Of a stretch of DNA of 64,000 nt, positions 60,902-64,000 are shown piece after piece. Made by a program: the position numbers and the translations under genes. Source of the stretch: an uncultured bacterium (GTDB taxonomy: Bacteria; Verrucomicrobiota; Verrucomicrobiia; Verrucomicrobiales; DEV007); assembly GCA_963977015.1 (NCBI GenBank), contig CAXBMO010000016.1, forward strand, positions 1 to 64,000, read 5' to 3'. The notes beneath the pieces are model-generated. The model had not been told where the DNA came from. It did no database searches and worked only from the letters and a program-made list of their open reading frames with translations. Every line of letters starts with the position of its first letter. Within the stretch, counting starts at the first letter, position 1.

Positions 60902-61644
60902 TTACTTCGGCCCTGGCGCGAACCTCCGTCGATATTCCAGGGGCGTGATTCCCATCTCGACGCGGAAGGCTTTGGTGAAGTGGCTTTGGTCGTAGAATCC
61001 ACATTCGAGGGCGACGGAGCCGACAGGTTCGTTCGATTCCTCCAGACGGCGGCGGGCCATGAGGAGGCGCACTTTGCCAACGTAGTCGCTCGGGCTCATG
61101 TCGAAAAGGCGCCGGAATTCGCGCTGCAACTGACTAACGGATAAGTTCGACATTTTGGCGAGATCATCGATTGCGATGCGGTGCCCGAACTCGCGATGCA
61201 CGAATTCCATGACCGGCGTCAGGCGATTGTAGTCACCCGGAGCGAGACCCCGGCGTGTTCGTAAGGCCGCATCACGCCGCAAAGTCCGGCTACGTCATGG
61301 TTACGATCAAAGAGCGGAATCTTCGTGGAGAGAAACCAACGGGGAAGCCCGTCGAAACCGAGAACGAGCCAAACCTGATCCGGCAAGGGTTCACCTGACT
61401 TCATGACCCGGCGATCCTCATCGACGTATTGTGAGGCCAAGGCCGGAGGATGAAAGTCGAAGTCCGTTTTGCCAACCACCTCGCATTCGTCCTGAAACCC
61501 ATGCAGAATGAGAAAACCTTGGTTCACTTTCACGAACCGGCTCTCCGCATCCTTGATGAACAAGTAAACCCGCGGCAAATAATCGAACAGCGCCGCGATC
61601 TGTTCGGGAGAATCCAGGTTCTGAAAAAAGCTTGCCGGGCTCAT
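60902..61644 (-). pseudogene. PAS-domain AraC-family regulator, frameshifted
   Basis: PAS part (LFIKDAESRFVKVN...GKTDFDF...EDRRVM) and HTH part (LAKMSNLSVSQLQREF...CGFYDQSHF) are in different frames. One extra G in the G4 run at 61248-61251 would fuse them. Confidence 0.85.
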
Positions 61645-61699
61645 GGGCACACCAAATTTTCGGGTATCGCCTCGGTCTCGCGAATCTTTTTTGTGACCA

Positions 61700-62320
61700 A
61701 TTTCATCCTTGGTGAAGTCCGGGGCCTTCCAGTTGCCAACAATGTAGTCAAGGCTCGGCCCCTGAGCCCCGTCGTTCCCTGCGAAATGTCCCCAACCAAA
61801 CGCGGAAGATTCCCGGAAGTAAAACTCGGCATCGTCAAAGTAATTGCCAACCAGATTATAGCGCGCGGGAGCAGCCATGTAGGACCAGTCATCATCCCAT
61901 TTGTAGAAGTCGGCGTTGTAGGCTGGCGCGTTTCCACTTTGGGAGATGAAATTGAAGCGAATATCGAAAATCGGACCGGCGGGCGTCCCCGGATCCGGAA
62001 TACCCGTTTGAGTAATCGATAGATAGGAACCGGAGGAACCGACCCGCGGTGTCCAGCCATTGTTGTGATTGTGCCACACGTTGTGGTGGAAGCTGTGACG
62101 GGAGCGCACCTGCGCGGTTTCGAGACGCCCGCGAAGGGGCGTCCCGATGGCGTGGTCGAACGGTTTGCTAACCTTCCCATTTTTTGGTGGGGGATTGGGC
62201 CCTATTCCGACGCTGTCGGCAATCAGGCTCCATTGTACGGTGACTCGGCCGGATTCGTTGATCGAGAGGGTTTCGTCCGTGGCCCAGGACGCCGAAATGT
62301 GGTCGAGGATGACATAAAAA
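61700..62320 (-). pseudogene. Internal fragment of a pectate lyase (PL1-like beta-helix)
   Basis: VILDHISASWATDETLS, VTVQWSLIADS, SFHHNVW...TPR, YNLVGNYF; no start or signal peptide. Confidence 0.7.
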
Positions 62321-62353
62321 AGGCCCGTCCCCAATAACCATTCGGTTGTCTCT

Positions 62354-62624
62354 TCCCGCGCGGGTATCGACGCGGTCCGGGCTGTGCTCGTAGCGTGCCG
62401 CGCCGCAGAGCTGATCGGCCTCCAAGTCGAGCAGGGCGTTGAGGGTGTCCTCCACGCTCTTGCGCACCATCTCATCGAGGTGGCCGCGAATCTCGCCTTC
62501 GTTGATTTCAACGATTTTGCCCGCGATCCGGGCTTCTCTTTCGGTTTTTGGTTCGGTTGTCATTTTGGGTCTGTTAGTTCAGAACACCAAAAAGTAAATG
62601 TGCGAAAGAAATCCTACGTTATCC
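62354..62624 (-). mobile_element. Truncated IS256-family element (left IR plus transposase N-terminus)
   Basis: IR-like GATAACGTAGGATTTCTTTCGCACATT; ORF from 62563 reads VRKSVEDTLNALLDLEADQLCGAARYEHSPDRVDTRAG and then breaks off. Confidence 0.8.
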
Positions 62625-62724
62625 AATGCCGATAGCAATGAGGGTCGTTCGTTTCGTGGTTCTGCGCTTCTTTCATAGTGGTGTTTCGGGCGTCAGGTTT
62701 TCTCACGTTCTAGCCGTCGATCTC

Positions 62725-62886
62725 CACGAGCTCGGTCACAAAGCCGAGGTCAACAAGGTTCACGTCAACGACCTCCACGCCACGATTCTGCATCAGCTAG
62801 GGCTCGATCACGAGAAACTGACCTACACCTACGCCGGTCGGAGGTTTCGGCTGGCCGATGTTGGGGGGCATGTGATCCGCGTATTG
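62725..62886 (+). pseudogene. C-terminal fragment of a DUF1501 gene
   Basis: [50 protein letters not shown]. Confidence 0.8.
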
Positions 62887-62969
62887 TCAGCTAGCCTAGG
62901 AGCAATATCTCGATCCCGATCGCCCACCAAATGAAGTGGCCGGAGAAGTGTAACCATTTCCTACGAACT

Positions 62970-63767
62970 TCAATACTTTGACTTGAATTTACCAGAGTAG
63001 CGCGCAGCTACAACAATAAACAGAACAATGAGTAACGCACCTCCGAAAAATACAATCAGTCCGGTCGTGCCACCTTCATCTCCCTCATTCCCAACAGTTA
63101 CGCCCGGTGATAATGCTTCACCTTGATCCACCCTAACAGCCGGAAGTTGATCACTCTCTTTTCCCGCGCCAACAACGCTTCCATCCTGTCCAATACTTTC
63201 AGGCAATGGCCTCCCGCTATTTTGGCGAGCCAAAACCACGTTTCTTACCAAATCACCCCTCTTGGCCTTTAAAAAGAGCAGTTCGTAGTCTGTCCCAACC
63301 GCGACTTCAAGAACATCGTCCAACAACTGCTGCACTCTTGAGGATTTGTAGTTGAAGGCAACAAAACCGTCTTTTTCGCCTTGGCCAATCACTGCGCGAA
63401 AAACAACCTCCGGAGCAAGGTCTCCCTGCTTAACAAACTGTATCGCCGCTTCCAAGACTTCTAGGTATTCCTCAGAAGAAAGGGCTTCGCAAACACGGAG
63501 GATAACAAGCTGCTCCTTAGGTGTGGGTGCTACTTCTGAAAGGTGTGTGTCGAAGATACCTCGCCAACTGTCTGCAATATTTTCAAGTATTGCTAACTCA
63601 TCGTGATTTGGATTGCGTCGAACAAAACCGTCACTTCGATCAGTGATAACTACAGCTCCATTTTCACTAACTGATGCCTTGCTGAGAATACTTTGAACGT
63701 TCTGTATATCAGACGAAACAAGAATTGTGACTGCTATTGAAAATAGTGATATTGCGATTGGATTCAT
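62970..63767 (-). CDS. Hypothetical exported protein with C-terminal membrane anchor (possible immunity/partner protein)
   Basis: Signal-like N-terminus, C-terminal TM plus basic tail, low GC, 4-bp overlap with the upstream ORF. Confidence 0.7.
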   Translation of the reverse strand: MNPIAISLFSIAVTILVSSDIQNVQSILSKASVSENGAVVITDRSDGFVRRNPNHDELAILENIADSWRGIFDTHLSEVAPTPKEQLVILRVCEALSSEEYLEVLEAAIQFVKQGDLAPEVVFRAVIGQGEKDGFVAFNYKSSRVQQLLDDVLEVAVGTDYELLFLKAKRGDLVRNVVLARQNSGRPLPESIGQDGSVVGAGKESDQLPAVRVDQGEALSPGVTVGNEGDEGGTTGLIVFFGGALLIVLFIVVAARYSGKFKSKY

Positions 63768-64000
63768 TCTTTGAAGCGCCCAAAATGTGAAGGTTGATAA
63801 TTCATATCGATACTTAGGTGTACAGATTTATTTACGTCTATTGACCCCGCACCGATCCAACTGCCATCGTAGTCAAGGATACCCATATGGCCTTGGCCTC
63901 CTACAATACCGATTGAGATCGTTCCGATACCTTCGGTCCAAGTTACAATATCGCCGGGCTGGGGGGTTGTGTTGTTACTCAACCATTGCCAACCTTCGAT
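63764..64000 (-). CDS. C-terminus of a protein extending beyond the window; NlpC/P60/CHAP-like putative toxin domain
   Basis: Frame open to the window edge: IEGWQWLSNNTTPQPGDIVTW...GHMGILDYDG. Confidence 0.6.
   Translation of the reverse strand: MEGWQWLSNNTTPQPGDIVTWTEGIGTISIGIVGGQGHMGILDYDGSWIGAGSIDVNKSVHLSIDMNYQPSHFGRFKE

Noticed and set aside
61219-62511. 430-aa ORF as a real gene
   Set aside because: Chance read-through of an off-frame IS256 segment, a pectate-lyase fragment and the PAS half of araC.
1-64000. tRNA, rRNA or integron integrase genes
   Set aside because: None recognised in the window; intI, if present, would lie to the left.

Overview
GC-rich bacterial DNA whose gene families (DUF1552/DUF1592 pairs, DUF1501, DUF1080, sulfatase, many Tat-exported enzymes) point to the PVC superphylum, most likely Verrucomicrobiota (inference). 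The left ~2 kb looks like the end of an integron-type cassette array. Two consecutive attC-like sites are each split by an antisense group II intron. The first intron is truncated by an IS3-type end. The second is decayed and has an intact addiction-module/RelE-ParE toxin-antitoxin pair between its RT remnant and its domain V/VI. The core-like middle holds cutA, a PAS histidine kinase and a sigma54-type response regulator separated by an amt operon, three SF2 helicases, two planctomycete-cytochrome/DUF1552 operons, a truncated hemoglobin, many secreted carbohydrate/ester-active enzymes, a triple-domain FKBP and a 3-ketoglycoside-type trio. Non-coding structure includes an IS5-like MITE and a Y1 (IS200/REP-associated) transposase flanked by inverted three-hairpin REP-like units, one hairpin being the spacer of the transposase promoter. 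There is also a solitary REP pair and a 585-bp-period REP-rich tandem bracketed by a duplicate of the FKBP 3' end. The right ~6 kb is accessory: a double alpha/beta-hydrolase membrane protein, an AbrB-Doc TA pair, a frameshifted PAS-AraC gene, pectate lyase/IS256/DUF1501 fragments and a probable toxin C-terminus with a partner gene. All calls come from reading motifs by eye; no searches were run.
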